Shown here piece by piece: positions 47,788 to 55,745 of a stretch of 64,000 bases of DNA. Both the position numbers and the translations under genes were made by a program. The stretch is from a bacterium. GTDB taxonomy: Bacteria > Actinomycetota > CALGFH01. A model generated the notes under the pieces. That model was not told the origin of the DNA and searched no databases. It saw only the letters and a list, made by a program, of their open reading frames with translations. How positions within the stretch are numbered: position 1 is the first letter of the stretch; each line of letters opens with the position of its first letter. The stretch covers positions 3,230 through 67,229 of the forward strand of contig JBKPDO010000170.1 in assembly GCA_046727955.1 (NCBI GenBank). The letters run 5' to 3'.

Positions 47788-49142
47788 GGCTCGACCTCTG
47801 TCGGCTGGAAGTGGCCGCCGCAGTCGGCATGCCGGAAGCCGGTCAGGTCGGTTGTCCGCTCGACCCCGCAGCCGTCGCAGCGCCACACGGACCGCCCGAC
47901 CGGCGACTGCGCGCCAAGGTTCAACACTGATGGCGCCGTGGCGCGTATTCCGTTCGGCGATGCTTCCGGCTCGCTGACCTGCGGTTTCTCCCCACTCGAA
48001 TACGCGCCATCGGGTGCGCTGTTAGTGGCGGCGCGTATTCCCGGGCGCTTGTTCGGCAGTGACCACCAGGACGGCCCGCGCCCACGCCTGCCCGGCGCGG
48101 GCCGCCGCTCCACCTCGACCTGGAGCGACTCGCTGGCGCGCTGCACGGTCCGCCAGGCAAGCCCCCGAGCCTCGGCAAGGTCACGCAGGTCCTCCGCCGG
48201 CCGTGGTCCGCCGGCGAGCTGCTCGGCCAGGAACGTCTCGGCGCGGTCCTGCTCGGGTGAGGGCCGGTCGACCGAGTGGCCGAGCAGACCCTCTGCCGTG
48301 TGGCTGGTGGCGCCCTCCCATACCACCCGGGCGGTGTCGTAGAGGTCGTCGCCGACGATGCGGTAGGCGAGGCTTGCCGGCTTGGCGGCCAGGTTCGACT
48401 TGGAGACGGCCAGCACGCGGCGGGTGTCGGTCTCGTCGTCGGGGTCGGGCGCGACGAGCAGGCCGGCGCGCGCGGCGCCGACGATCCCGATCGAGCCGCC
48501 GCCCCTGTACAGCGGGTTCGCGCTAGGCATCTTGTTCAGGTGGCGGACCACCAGCACGGCGACGCCGGTCGACTCGGCGAGCAGCTTGAGGCGGTACAGG
48601 GCCCGCCGAACGTCCTGGTCCCGGTTGCTGTTGACCTCGGCGCCGAGGAAGGCCATCAGCGGGTCGACGACCACCAGGCCGTAGCTGGCTTCGGCGGTGA
48701 GGTAGACCTCGATACGGTCGAGGTCGGCGGGGATCTCCACGGGCCGGGGGCCGCCGTCGTCGGTGACGTGGTCGACGATGTCCACCAGGTCGAGGTTCGC
48801 GCCGGCGACTTCCAGGCGTGGGCGGATGGTGTCGGCGACGCCGTCCTCGGCCGAGAGCAGCAGCACCTTCATGGGTTCGTCGGGGAGGTGGCCGTCCGGC
48901 ATCGGCGAGGCGGTCGAGACCCGCCCGGTGAGGTCGATCGTGATCGTGGACTTGCCGAGGCTGGGGTCGCCGTCCAGCACGGTGAGCTTCCCGAAGGGGA
49001 CGCGGCCGGGCCATAGCCAGCGGACGCGCTCGGGCTTCATGTCGGCGGCGCGGATGGTGGCGAGGCCGCGGGGGTCGCCGTTCGGGACGGTCGCGCCAGC
49101 GATGCCGTGACCAGGGTCCACGAAGGGGCTGTAGCCGCTCAC
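47784..49142 (-). CDS. RecA-like AAA ATPase/replicative helicase (AAA_25/RepA-like)
   Basis: VRWLWPGRVPFGKLTVLDGDPSLGKST, LLLSAED, VVVDP, VRHLNK, GGSIG and KSNL motifs. Confidence 0.9.
   Translation of the reverse strand: MSGYSPFVDPGHGIAGATVPNGDPRGLATIRAADMKPERVRWLWPGRVPFGKLTVLDGDPSLGKSTITIDLTGRVSTASPMPDGHLPDEPMKVLLLSAEDGVADTIRPRLEVAGANLDLVDIVDHVTDDGGPRPVEIPADLDRIEVYLTAEASYGLVVVDPLMAFLGAEVNSNRDQDVRRALYRLKLLAESTGVAVLVVRHLNKMPSANPLYRGGGSIGIVGAARAGLLVAPDPDDETDTRRVLAVSKSNLAAKPASLAYRIVGDDLYDTARVVWEGATSHTAEGLLGHSVDRPSPEQDRAETFLAEQLAGGPRPAEDLRDLAEARGLAWRTVQRASESLQVEVERRPAPGRRGRGPSWWSLPNKRPGIRAATNSAPDGAYSSGEKPQVSEPEASPNGIRATAPSVLNLGAQSPVGRSVWRCDGCGVERTTDLTGFRHADCGGHFQPTEVEP
47939..48040. repeat. Iteron-like repeats inside the helicase 3' end (putative origin)
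   Basis: GGCGCGTATTC at 47940 and 48030, inverted copy GAATACGCGCC at 47998, around CTGACCTGCGGTTTC. Confidence 0.6.
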
Positions 49143-49462
49143 TGACCACCTCCCGCCCTGCGCTCGAGCGCGTCGACGCGGCTGCGGAGCTGATCGACCT
49201 GGTAGCGCAGCGCGGCGTTCTCGAACAGCAGGTTGGCGGTGATGGATTGGAGTACCTCGACCTGCTCGGGCAGCACCAGGGCCTGGCGGACGTAGCCGCC
49301 GGCTAGCTCAAGCAGGGTGCGGGCGTGCTGCGCCTCGACCTGCTTGGCGTCCGGCTCGAATGGCGGGGCGCCGTCAGGGCCGGGTGCTATGCTTCGCTGG
49401 TCTAGGGGTTGTGTGGAGCGGCCGGGTGTGGGCGCCCGGCCGCTCTTGTTGTCTAAGGTCAT
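49139..49462 (-). CDS. Hypothetical coiled-coil protein
   Basis: GGAG RBS; ENAALRYQVDQLRSRVDALERR; coupled to the AAA gene. Confidence 0.7.
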   Translation of the reverse strand: MTLDNKSGRAPTPGRSTQPLDQRSIAPGPDGAPPFEPDAKQVEAQHARTLLELAGGYVRQALVLPEQVEVLQSITANLLFENAALRYQVDQLRSRVDALERRAGGGQ

Positions 49463-49543
49463 GCGAGGCTCCAGTCGGGGGATCGGCCGGGGCGGGCGTG
49501 TCCTCGCTCACGCGCCGCCCCGGACAAACAGTCCGGGGTCGGG

Positions 49544-49741
49544 TCAGGCGGCGGGGGGTGCCTGGTCGGTGTGCTGCTCGATCCACGCCTCCACGTCAGA
49601 GAGCCGGTATCGCAGGAACCGCCGGCCCGACTTGATGGCGCGCGGACCGTATCCGCGGTAGCGCCACTGGTGAACGGTCTCGACCCGCACCCTGAACATC
49701 TCGGCCAGCTCCTCGGCCGTGAGCAGCCGCTCCATCTGCAT
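49544..49741 (-). CDS. xis: Excisionase/AlpA-like HTH protein
   Basis: LLTAEELAEMFRVRVETVHQWRYRGYGPRAIKSGRRFLRYRLSDVEAWI; divergent from the integrase. Confidence 0.88.
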   Translation of the reverse strand: MQMERLLTAEELAEMFRVRVETVHQWRYRGYGPRAIKSGRRFLRYRLSDVEAWIEQHTDQAPPAA

Positions 49742-49850
49742 CCCCTTTGCCTGCTGACTACTGCTAACGATCACTGATTAGTGGTGATCGGTAGAGTACC
49801 ATAGAGCCGCGCTTCAATGGCGACTAGTCGAGCGAGGAGGCCAGGCGAGG

Positions 49851-51107
49851 ATGGCCCATGTCGAACGTCACCACCGCAAGCCATGCGCCCGGGCCAGCTG
49901 CGTCCATGGCTTCACCAAGCACGCCAAGAGCGCCGAAGGCGCCTGCACCGTCGCCGGCTGCGCCTGCCCCCAATGGCGCGCGGCCGCAGGCGACCGCGGG
50001 ACGTGGCGGGCACGCTGGCGCGACCCGGTCGGCAGAGAGCACGCCCGAACGTTCCGGCGCAAGCTCGACGCGGACAGGTACCTCGCCGAGGTCGAGCACG
50101 CCAAGCTCAAGGGCGCCTACGTCGACCCGAAGCTCGGCAGGACCCGCTTCGGCGAGCTGGCCGAGCGTTGGCACAACACCACCGCTGGCCTCAAGCCCTC
50201 GACGCGCCACGCCTACCGGGTCCTGCTCGACCTGCACGTGTTGCCGAGCTTCCGGGACGCGCCAGTCGCCCACGTGGACCGGCTGGCGGTCAGCGAGTGG
50301 CTCGCCGCGCTGCTCGCCGGCGGGATGAGCGCAGCGCGGGCCCGTGATGCCTTCCAGGTCCTGTCGCTGGTGTTCGCCGCCGGGGTCGACGGCGGCCTGC
50401 TGGTCGCCAACCCGGCCAGTGGGGTCCGCCTCCCCAAGCTCTCCCCCACCGAGATGTGCTTTCTCGACCCGGGCGAGGTCGAGCGGCTTGCTGCAGCGAT
50501 CGACCCGCGCTACCGGGTCCTGGTGAACACGGCCGCCTACTCGGGCGCCCGCTTTGGCGAGCTGGTTGCGCTGCGTGTCGGCCGCCTCGATCTGCTCCGC
50601 GGCACCTGCGAGATCGCCGAGTCCGCCACCGAGGTCAAGGGCCGGCTCGCGTGGGGCACCACCAAGAGCTATGAGCGGCGCACGGTGCGGCTGCCGCGGT
50701 TCCTGTGCGAGGAGCTCGGCGCCCATCTCGCCGGCCAGCCTCACGAGCGCGCCGAGCTGGTGTTCGCCGCGCCAAAGGGCGGCCCGCTGCGGCACTCCGA
50801 CTTTATCAAGCGGCAGTTCCGCCCGGCAGTGACCGCGGCCGGGCTGGACCCCAAGCTGCGCTTCCATGACTTACGACACTCGTGCGCGAGCCTGCTCATC
50901 CGCGAGGGCGCAAGCGTGAAGGCGGTACAGAAGACCCTCGGCCACAAGAGCGCCATGGTCACCCTCGACCGCTACGGGCACCTGTTCCCCGATGAGCTGG
51001 AGAGCGTCGCGGACAGGCTCGACCGTGCCCGCGCGCACGCGCTGACGGACCCAGGGCGGACCCAGCAGGCTCCGCCGGTCGCCCAGCTAGCTGGAAGGGT
51101 GCGTTGA
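49851..51107 (+). CDS. int: Tyrosine recombinase/integrase
   Basis: GARFGEL, FHDLRHSCAS, LGH and TLDRYGH catalytic motifs; WRARWRDP N-terminus. Confidence 0.97.
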   Translation: MAHVERHHRKPCARASCVHGFTKHAKSAEGACTVAGCACPQWRAAAGDRGTWRARWRDPVGREHARTFRRKLDADRYLAEVEHAKLKGAYVDPKLGRTRFGELAERWHNTTAGLKPSTRHAYRVLLDLHVLPSFRDAPVAHVDRLAVSEWLAALLAGGMSAARARDAFQVLSLVFAAGVDGGLLVANPASGVRLPKLSPTEMCFLDPGEVERLAAAIDPRYRVLVNTAAYSGARFGELVALRVGRLDLLRGTCEIAESATEVKGRLAWGTTKSYERRTVRLPRFLCEELGAHLAGQPHERAELVFAAPKGGPLRHSDFIKRQFRPAVTAAGLDPKLRFHDLRHSCASLLIREGASVKAVQKTLGHKSAMVTLDRYGHLFPDELESVADRLDRARAHALTDPGRTQQAPPVAQLAGRVR

Positions 51108-51740
51108 CCTGGTGTTTTGCGTCGGCGTGGTCGGAGCGGCCAGGAAGGTCAGCAGGTCCCAGGCCGCGTGGCTGACGATCAGGGCGCTCATGGGCATGCC
51201 GGCGGCGGCGAGCGCCGACCAGTAGGCGCCAGCCACCCCGGCCGCGCCGAACAGCGTGAAATTGCCGGTGGCCACGTGCGCGCCCGCGTAGGCGACCGAG
51301 CCGGCCGCGGCCCCCGGCCAGCGGCCGAGGCGGCGGGCCAGCCGGGCGTTCACGAAGCCACGCCAGAACAGCTCCTCCGCCGGTCCGATCACCAGGACCA
51401 GCCTGGCGGCCAGCTCGGCCGGGCGGCCCAGCTCCCGCAGCCGGTAGACGCTGCCGATCTCTTCACCGCCCCTGGGGAGCAGACGGCGCACCAGCCGGTC
51501 GCCGAGCAGAAACACCCCGTACAGGCCAGCCGCCGACGCCAGCCCGGTCACCACGTCGCCGCCGCGCACGCGGGTACGGCGCAGCTCCGGCTCGCTGGCG
51601 AGCGCGAGGCTGCCGAGGCTGAGCCCGGTAGCGGTCATGCGCTGCCAGAAGACGTCGCGAGGGCCGCGGAAGGTGAGTGCGAACGCCGAGTACGCGGCGC
51701 CGAGGGCGGTTGCGAGCAGGGCGTCGCGTGGACGCCTCAC
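51087..51740 (-). CDS. CPBP family intramembrane glutamic protease (CAAX/Abi), integration target
   Basis: AEELFWRG, AYAGAH and SHAAWD motifs; the last codons come from the element. Confidence 0.9.
   Translation of the reverse strand: MRRPRDALLATALGAAYSAFALTFRGPRDVFWQRMTATGLSLGSLALASEPELRRTRVRGGDVVTGLASAAGLYGVFLLGDRLVRRLLPRGGEEIGSVYRLRELGRPAELAARLVLVIGPAEELFWRGFVNARLARRLGRWPGAAAGSVAYAGAHVATGNFTLFGAAGVAGAYWSALAAAGMPMSALIVSHAAWDLLTFLAAPTTPTQNTRSTHPSS
51124..51154 (+). repeat. attR: 31-bp direct repeat
   Basis: GGCGTGGTCGGAGCGGCCAGGAAGGTCAGCA, immediately after the integrase. Confidence 0.9.
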
Positions 51741-51943
51741 TGCAGCGCCGCCGCGATCGCGATGCCGGCCACCAGCAGGAACCCGAAGGCCGCGTAGGTG
51801 ACCGCGTCGCGCTCGAAATAGCTGTCGTGCACCCACACGGAATCCAGCCCGGCTCGCCTTGCCTGCTCCGCCCATGCGACCGCGTCGGCGACGCTGCCCC
51901 GGGCGGCCAGCCCCAGCCCGACCGGCTTCGAGAGCTCCGCCAT
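51737..51943 (-). pseudogene. Deletion chimera: LLM flavin oxidoreductase N-terminus fused to the last TM helix of another gene
   Basis: AVAWAEQARRAGLDSVWVHDSYFERDAVTYAA then FGFLLVAGIAIAAALQ*; only 68 aa. Confidence 0.7.
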
Positions 51944-52149
51944 CTTGTGCCCTCCTTCACAAGCTCGCTTCATCGTAACCCCATCGGCGGCCGGTGGCGG
52001 CCGGTGGCGGCACCCCGCGGGGCGGCCGGTGGCGGCACTCCGCGGGGATGCCAAGGCGACTGATCGGACCCCAGAGTGGCGGCGAGCAGCGGTCCGTGGT
52101 TCGCTCGCGTCTGACCTTGCCACCACCGAGACCACCGAGGCATCCCGAC

Positions 52150-53535
52150 GTGACCTTCAGCGGGTCGCCACCGCCGGAGCGCGCCGCCCGGCCCACCAGC
52201 CAGCTACGCCTTTACAGCTGGCGCGACCCGGCCATCCTGGCCGCGGGCTGGTTCGCGCTCGCCGCGGGATTCGCGCAGTTTGGCTCCACGGCAGCGCTGG
52301 GCGACGTGGCCAAGGCCTTCGGCGCGTCCCAAGGAGGCGCGTCCATCGCCGCCCGCGTCGGCCTGTCTGGCACCACCCTCGGCGTGGGGCTCGCCATCAT
52401 CCGTATCGCCGCACTCGGCAGCCTCCCGCTGGCAGGGCTCGCGGACCGTATCGGGCGGCGCTGGACCCTGATCGGCTGCGTCGCGCTGGGCCTCGCGTTC
52501 ACCGCGTCCGCGGCGCTGAGCCCGTCGTTCTGGTGGTTCGTGGTGATCTTCGCGCTCGGCCGGCCCTTGCTGTCGGCGACCAACACGCTCGCGGGAGTGA
52601 TCGCCGCCGAGGAGACCAGGAGCCGCGACCGGGTCAAGGCGATCGCTCTGGTCGCCGCCGGGTACGCCGTCGGCGCCGGCCTTACCGCCCTGCTGCGCGG
52701 GGCGTTCGGCGACGCGCTCAGCTTCCGCGGCCTGTTCGCGCTCGCCCTAGTGCCGCTGGCGGCCATCCCCCTCGTGGCTTCCCGGCTCAGAGAGCCGGAG
52801 CGCTACCAGCGCCTGCGCACCGGCGCCGCGCTCGGGGTCGCAGCCGCGGACGCGGAGCCGGCGGCGGCGAAGGACCAGACGGGGGAGACCACTGGTGCGG
52901 GGAGAGCGAGCGGCGGGCTGCGGGCACTGTGGGTCGCGGGCCGGCTGCGCCCTGGCCTCCGGGGGCGGCTGTGGGTGCTCACCAGCCTCACCTTCACGTT
53001 CTCTTTCGTGAACGGTCCGGTTATCACCTTCGTGTTCGTTTATGCCGAGAACGCCCTGGGCATGGCGAAGTCGGCGACCGCGCTGATGGTGCTGGCGGCC
53101 GGGCCGCTCGGTCTGGTGGGGCTGCTCACCGGCCGCTGGGCTGCCGACACCGTGGGCCGGCGGCGGGCCGCGGGGGTCGCGCAGGCGCTCGTCGCCGTGG
53201 CCGGCGTGATCACCTACAGCGGCTCGCCGGCGGGTGCGGTCGGCGGTTACCTACTGGCCATCCTTGGCAGCGCGGCCTATGGTCCCGCCACCGCCGCGCT
53301 GACCGCCGAGCTGTTCCCGACCAGCGTGCGGGCCAGCGTCGCCGGCTGGTTGGGCGCTGCCCTGGCACTGGGCGCGGTGGCTGGGCTGGTCGCCTTCGGG
53401 ACACTGGCCGACGCGCTGGACAGCTTCGCGCTCGGCGCCGCGGTGGTCTGCGCCCCAGCGGTCGTCGCCAGCCTGCTGTTCGCCCGCCTGCCCGAGACGG
53501 TCGGCCTGGAGCTGGAGCAGTCCGCGCCGGAGTGA
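52150..53535 (+). CDS. MFS transporter
   Basis: LADRIGRR and WAADTVGRR motif A, AELFPTSVRA and LPET. Confidence 0.92.
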   Translation: MTFSGSPPPERAARPTSQLRLYSWRDPAILAAGWFALAAGFAQFGSTAALGDVAKAFGASQGGASIAARVGLSGTTLGVGLAIIRIAALGSLPLAGLADRIGRRWTLIGCVALGLAFTASAALSPSFWWFVVIFALGRPLLSATNTLAGVIAAEETRSRDRVKAIALVAAGYAVGAGLTALLRGAFGDALSFRGLFALALVPLAAIPLVASRLREPERYQRLRTGAALGVAAADAEPAAAKDQTGETTGAGRASGGLRALWVAGRLRPGLRGRLWVLTSLTFTFSFVNGPVITFVFVYAENALGMAKSATALMVLAAGPLGLVGLLTGRWAADTVGRRRAAGVAQALVAVAGVITYSGSPAGAVGGYLLAILGSAAYGPATAALTAELFPTSVRASVAGWLGAALALGAVAGLVAFGTLADALDSFALGAAVVCAPAVVASLLFARLPETVGLELEQSAPE

Positions 53536-53624
53536 CCCGCGGCCGGGCCCCTGGTGCTCCGGTTCTGGTCCCTCGACCTGTGCGACGCCGTCAACCAACG
53601 TCGAGCAGCGGCACCCGGATGACG

Positions 53625-53820
53625 ATGGCACAGGCGCTCTTGGGGGGCCGTGGCCAGTTAGCGGTGGGCTCGTCCCGGCAAGCCGCCTCCTCACGGTTCC
53701 CCATGGCACAGGCCGCTCTTGGGGGCCGTGGGGGGAGCTCGCTCCCCCCACATGGATCGATCTGCCCGGCGCGCGAAGCGCGCGCCCTGGGGGGAGCGAG
53801 CTTCCCCCACGTGGATCGAG
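53625..53820. repeat. REP/BIME-like palindromic repeat cluster between convergent genes
   Basis: ATGGCACAGGC-GCTCTTGGGGG-CCGTGG twice; hairpins GGGGGGAGCTCGCTCCCCCC, GGCGCGCGAAGCGCGCGCC and GGGGGAGCGAGCTTCCCCC. Confidence 0.7.
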
Positions 53821-53857
53821 GACCGCCACGAGCAGAGCTGTCATGTAGCCAGCCGGC

Positions 53858-54688
53858 TCAGCCGGACAGCACAGTGTGGACTTCGGCGACCGGATAGCTG
53901 ATGAGGGCGCTCGAGACCAGGCCGTCGACACGACCGACGTGACGGCCGTCCAGGAAGGCGTCGGCCGACCAGGCGACCTCGACGCGGATCTCGTAGCGAC
54001 CGCGGCGCGTGTATGCATGGCCCTCGCCGAGAGAATCTGGCAGGCCGGTTGCGATGCTCGAGCTGGCGGACCCGTCGCCAAATTTCCAGCGGTATTCCGT
54101 GACCTGGAACTCAGCGTGGATGGTCGATGCGCGCAACGGCAGGTCGACCGTTCGCGTTGTCACGCCGTCACGCCGGAAATAGCCGGCGAGATTGGCCAGG
54201 CCGCGATCGGTCGGCGTGGCGTGGATGCTGCCGCCGGGCAGTTTGACGGCGCGCACCGCCGTGAGCACCTGTGCCGCCGAGATCCCCGGCCCCGCGTGGG
54301 CCTGGACGAGGCGCATGCAGGCGGCCCGCGCCATCGCTGCGCGGCCGCCAGGCTGGCGCGGGGTGCGCAGGACGAAGTGCAGCCCGGCGCCCCGGCACGG
54401 CGTCGCCGAGCATAGGCCCGCCTCCGCCGGCACCCCGTTGACGGAGCACATCACCTCGTCGGTGTAGGAGGGCGCCGCACTGGTCCGCGCCGAGCGCGGC
54501 GGCGCCTGGCAGGTGGCGGCGGAGCGGCCAGAGACCACGCCGACGTCGCCCGAGCCGGCCAGATCGACCTCGACCCCGCGGCTCTGGCACGAGACCGCCC
54601 GGACCGGGCTGGGCGCAGCCACGGTCGAGCCGGCGGCGATCAGAACCGCGAGCAGACCACCCGCCACGCGCACGAGAACCGCCCTCAT
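53858..54688 (-). CDS. Secreted protein with C-terminal PKD-like domain
   Basis: Signal peptide; YRWKFGDG...GHAYTRRGRYEIRVEVAW; EVHTVL ending. Confidence 0.8.
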   Translation of the reverse strand: MRAVLVRVAGGLLAVLIAAGSTVAAPSPVRAVSCQSRGVEVDLAGSGDVGVVSGRSAATCQAPPRSARTSAAPSYTDEVMCSVNGVPAEAGLCSATPCRGAGLHFVLRTPRQPGGRAAMARAACMRLVQAHAGPGISAAQVLTAVRAVKLPGGSIHATPTDRGLANLAGYFRRDGVTTRTVDLPLRASTIHAEFQVTEYRWKFGDGSASSSIATGLPDSLGEGHAYTRRGRYEIRVEVAWSADAFLDGRHVGRVDGLVSSALISYPVAEVHTVLSG

Positions 54689-55338
54689 GGCTCGCCTCCC
54701 TCGAGGAGCGACGCGTCGCCGAGCAGCCACTGGCCGCCAGGCTCGGGCTGCACCAGCAGAAATCGGTAGCGCTGGCGCGCGGCCGCGACCGCACGGATGA
54801 GCGTGCCGTCCTCGCGCTCGATCCGGAACGCTCGCGAGCTGAACAGCGCGATCACGATCCACATCCGCTCGGTCAGGCGCTCCAGGCTCAGCGGCTCGAC
54901 AGCGATCACGCGAGCGCGCCAGACCGCCCGATCCACCAGGAGCCGGGCGATCGCCGCCCGCCCACTCCGCAGGCAGGCGCAGTCCGCGGTGTAGACCGTC
55001 TCGAGCAGGCGGATGTCTCGCCGCGCGAATGCCTGCTCGCGGATGCCGAGGATCTCTCGCAGGCGCGCAGCGACGCCGGCGCGGGCATCGAGTCCTGTGG
55101 AAGGCGTGGCGGCCGACCTGGGGGAGCCGGTCGCTGGAGGAGAGGCGGGGGAGGGGCCGTTCAGGTCGTTGCGGTTGAGGCTGCTCGGGCCGTCCAGGTG
55201 GTCGGGTCCCGCGGGGGCGCGGAGCGCGAGCGTGACGAGCCCGATGAGCAGCGCCAGCGCCGCGCCCAAGAGGGTGGGCGCACGGGCGCGGGCGGCGCGT
55301 CGCGCGGCAGGGCTGGGTTCATCTTCGATTGACGACAT
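54685..55338 (-). CDS. Membrane-anchored protein with NTF2-like extracellular domain
   Basis: One TM segment, Pro/Ser linker, AFARRD.RLL..VYTADCAC and GGQWLL; ATGA coupling to the PKD gene. Confidence 0.7.
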   Translation of the reverse strand: MSSIEDEPSPAARRAARARAPTLLGAALALLIGLVTLALRAPAGPDHLDGPSSLNRNDLNGPSPASPPATGSPRSAATPSTGLDARAGVAARLREILGIREQAFARRDIRLLETVYTADCACLRSGRAAIARLLVDRAVWRARVIAVEPLSLERLTERMWIVIALFSSRAFRIEREDGTLIRAVAAARQRYRFLLVQPEPGGQWLLGDASLLEGGEP

Positions 55339-55481
55339 CGTCCACCTCGTGGCATGGGGGAGGCTCGCTACCAACGAGAGGCCGAATGCTATTGCCGGTC
55401 CGTCCCGCACACAACCAGCCGGCGCGAGAATGTGGACAACGGATCGGATCGCCGTCGCGCGGAGTCCGCGAGCCGCCACCG

Positions 55482-55612
55482 CGGCACCCGGGGGCACCCC
55501 AGGCTCGGGGCACCCCAGGCTCGGGGCACCCCGAGCCGGGCATCCCAGGCCGAGGCATCCCGAGCCGAGGCATCCCGAGCCGAGGCATCCCGAGCCGAGG
55601 GCATCCCGGGGC
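55482..55612. repeat. 15-16 bp tandem repeats in a divergent promoter region
   Basis: GGGGCACCCCAGGCTC x2 grading into about 4 copies of GGCATCCCGAGCCGA. Confidence 0.85.
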
Positions 55613-55745
55613 GCCCCCGGGGGACCCAGCACGGACATTAAGGAGATCTCCGGAGGCATCCTGGCCCACCGACCGATTAGGATCGGTAGCTGCGCCGCTC
55701 GCATGCTGGTCGCTCAAGCCGGGAGTGGCCCGAGCTGAGAGGGGT

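Larger units (their letters stand above)
28249..51154. mobile_element. Integrative element (~22.9 kb), AICE/phage-satellite-like mosaic, inserted in a CPBP gene
   Basis: Flanking 31-bp repeats, tyrosine integrase ending 16 bp before the right repeat, excisionase, AAA helicase and dense small overlapping ORFs. Confidence 0.9.

Noticed and set aside
28249-51154. Prophage
   Set aside because: No terminase, portal, capsid or tail genes; the wall hydrolases are membrane-anchored and sit with SpdA-like genes.
55482-55612. Possible CRISPR array
   Set aside because: Units are 15-16 bp and contiguous with no unique spacers; no cas genes in the window.
55329-55745. N-terminal extension of the 1323-aa ORF (and of 54685-55704)
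   Set aside because: It translates the intergenic tandem repeats; a good RBS precedes ATG 55746.
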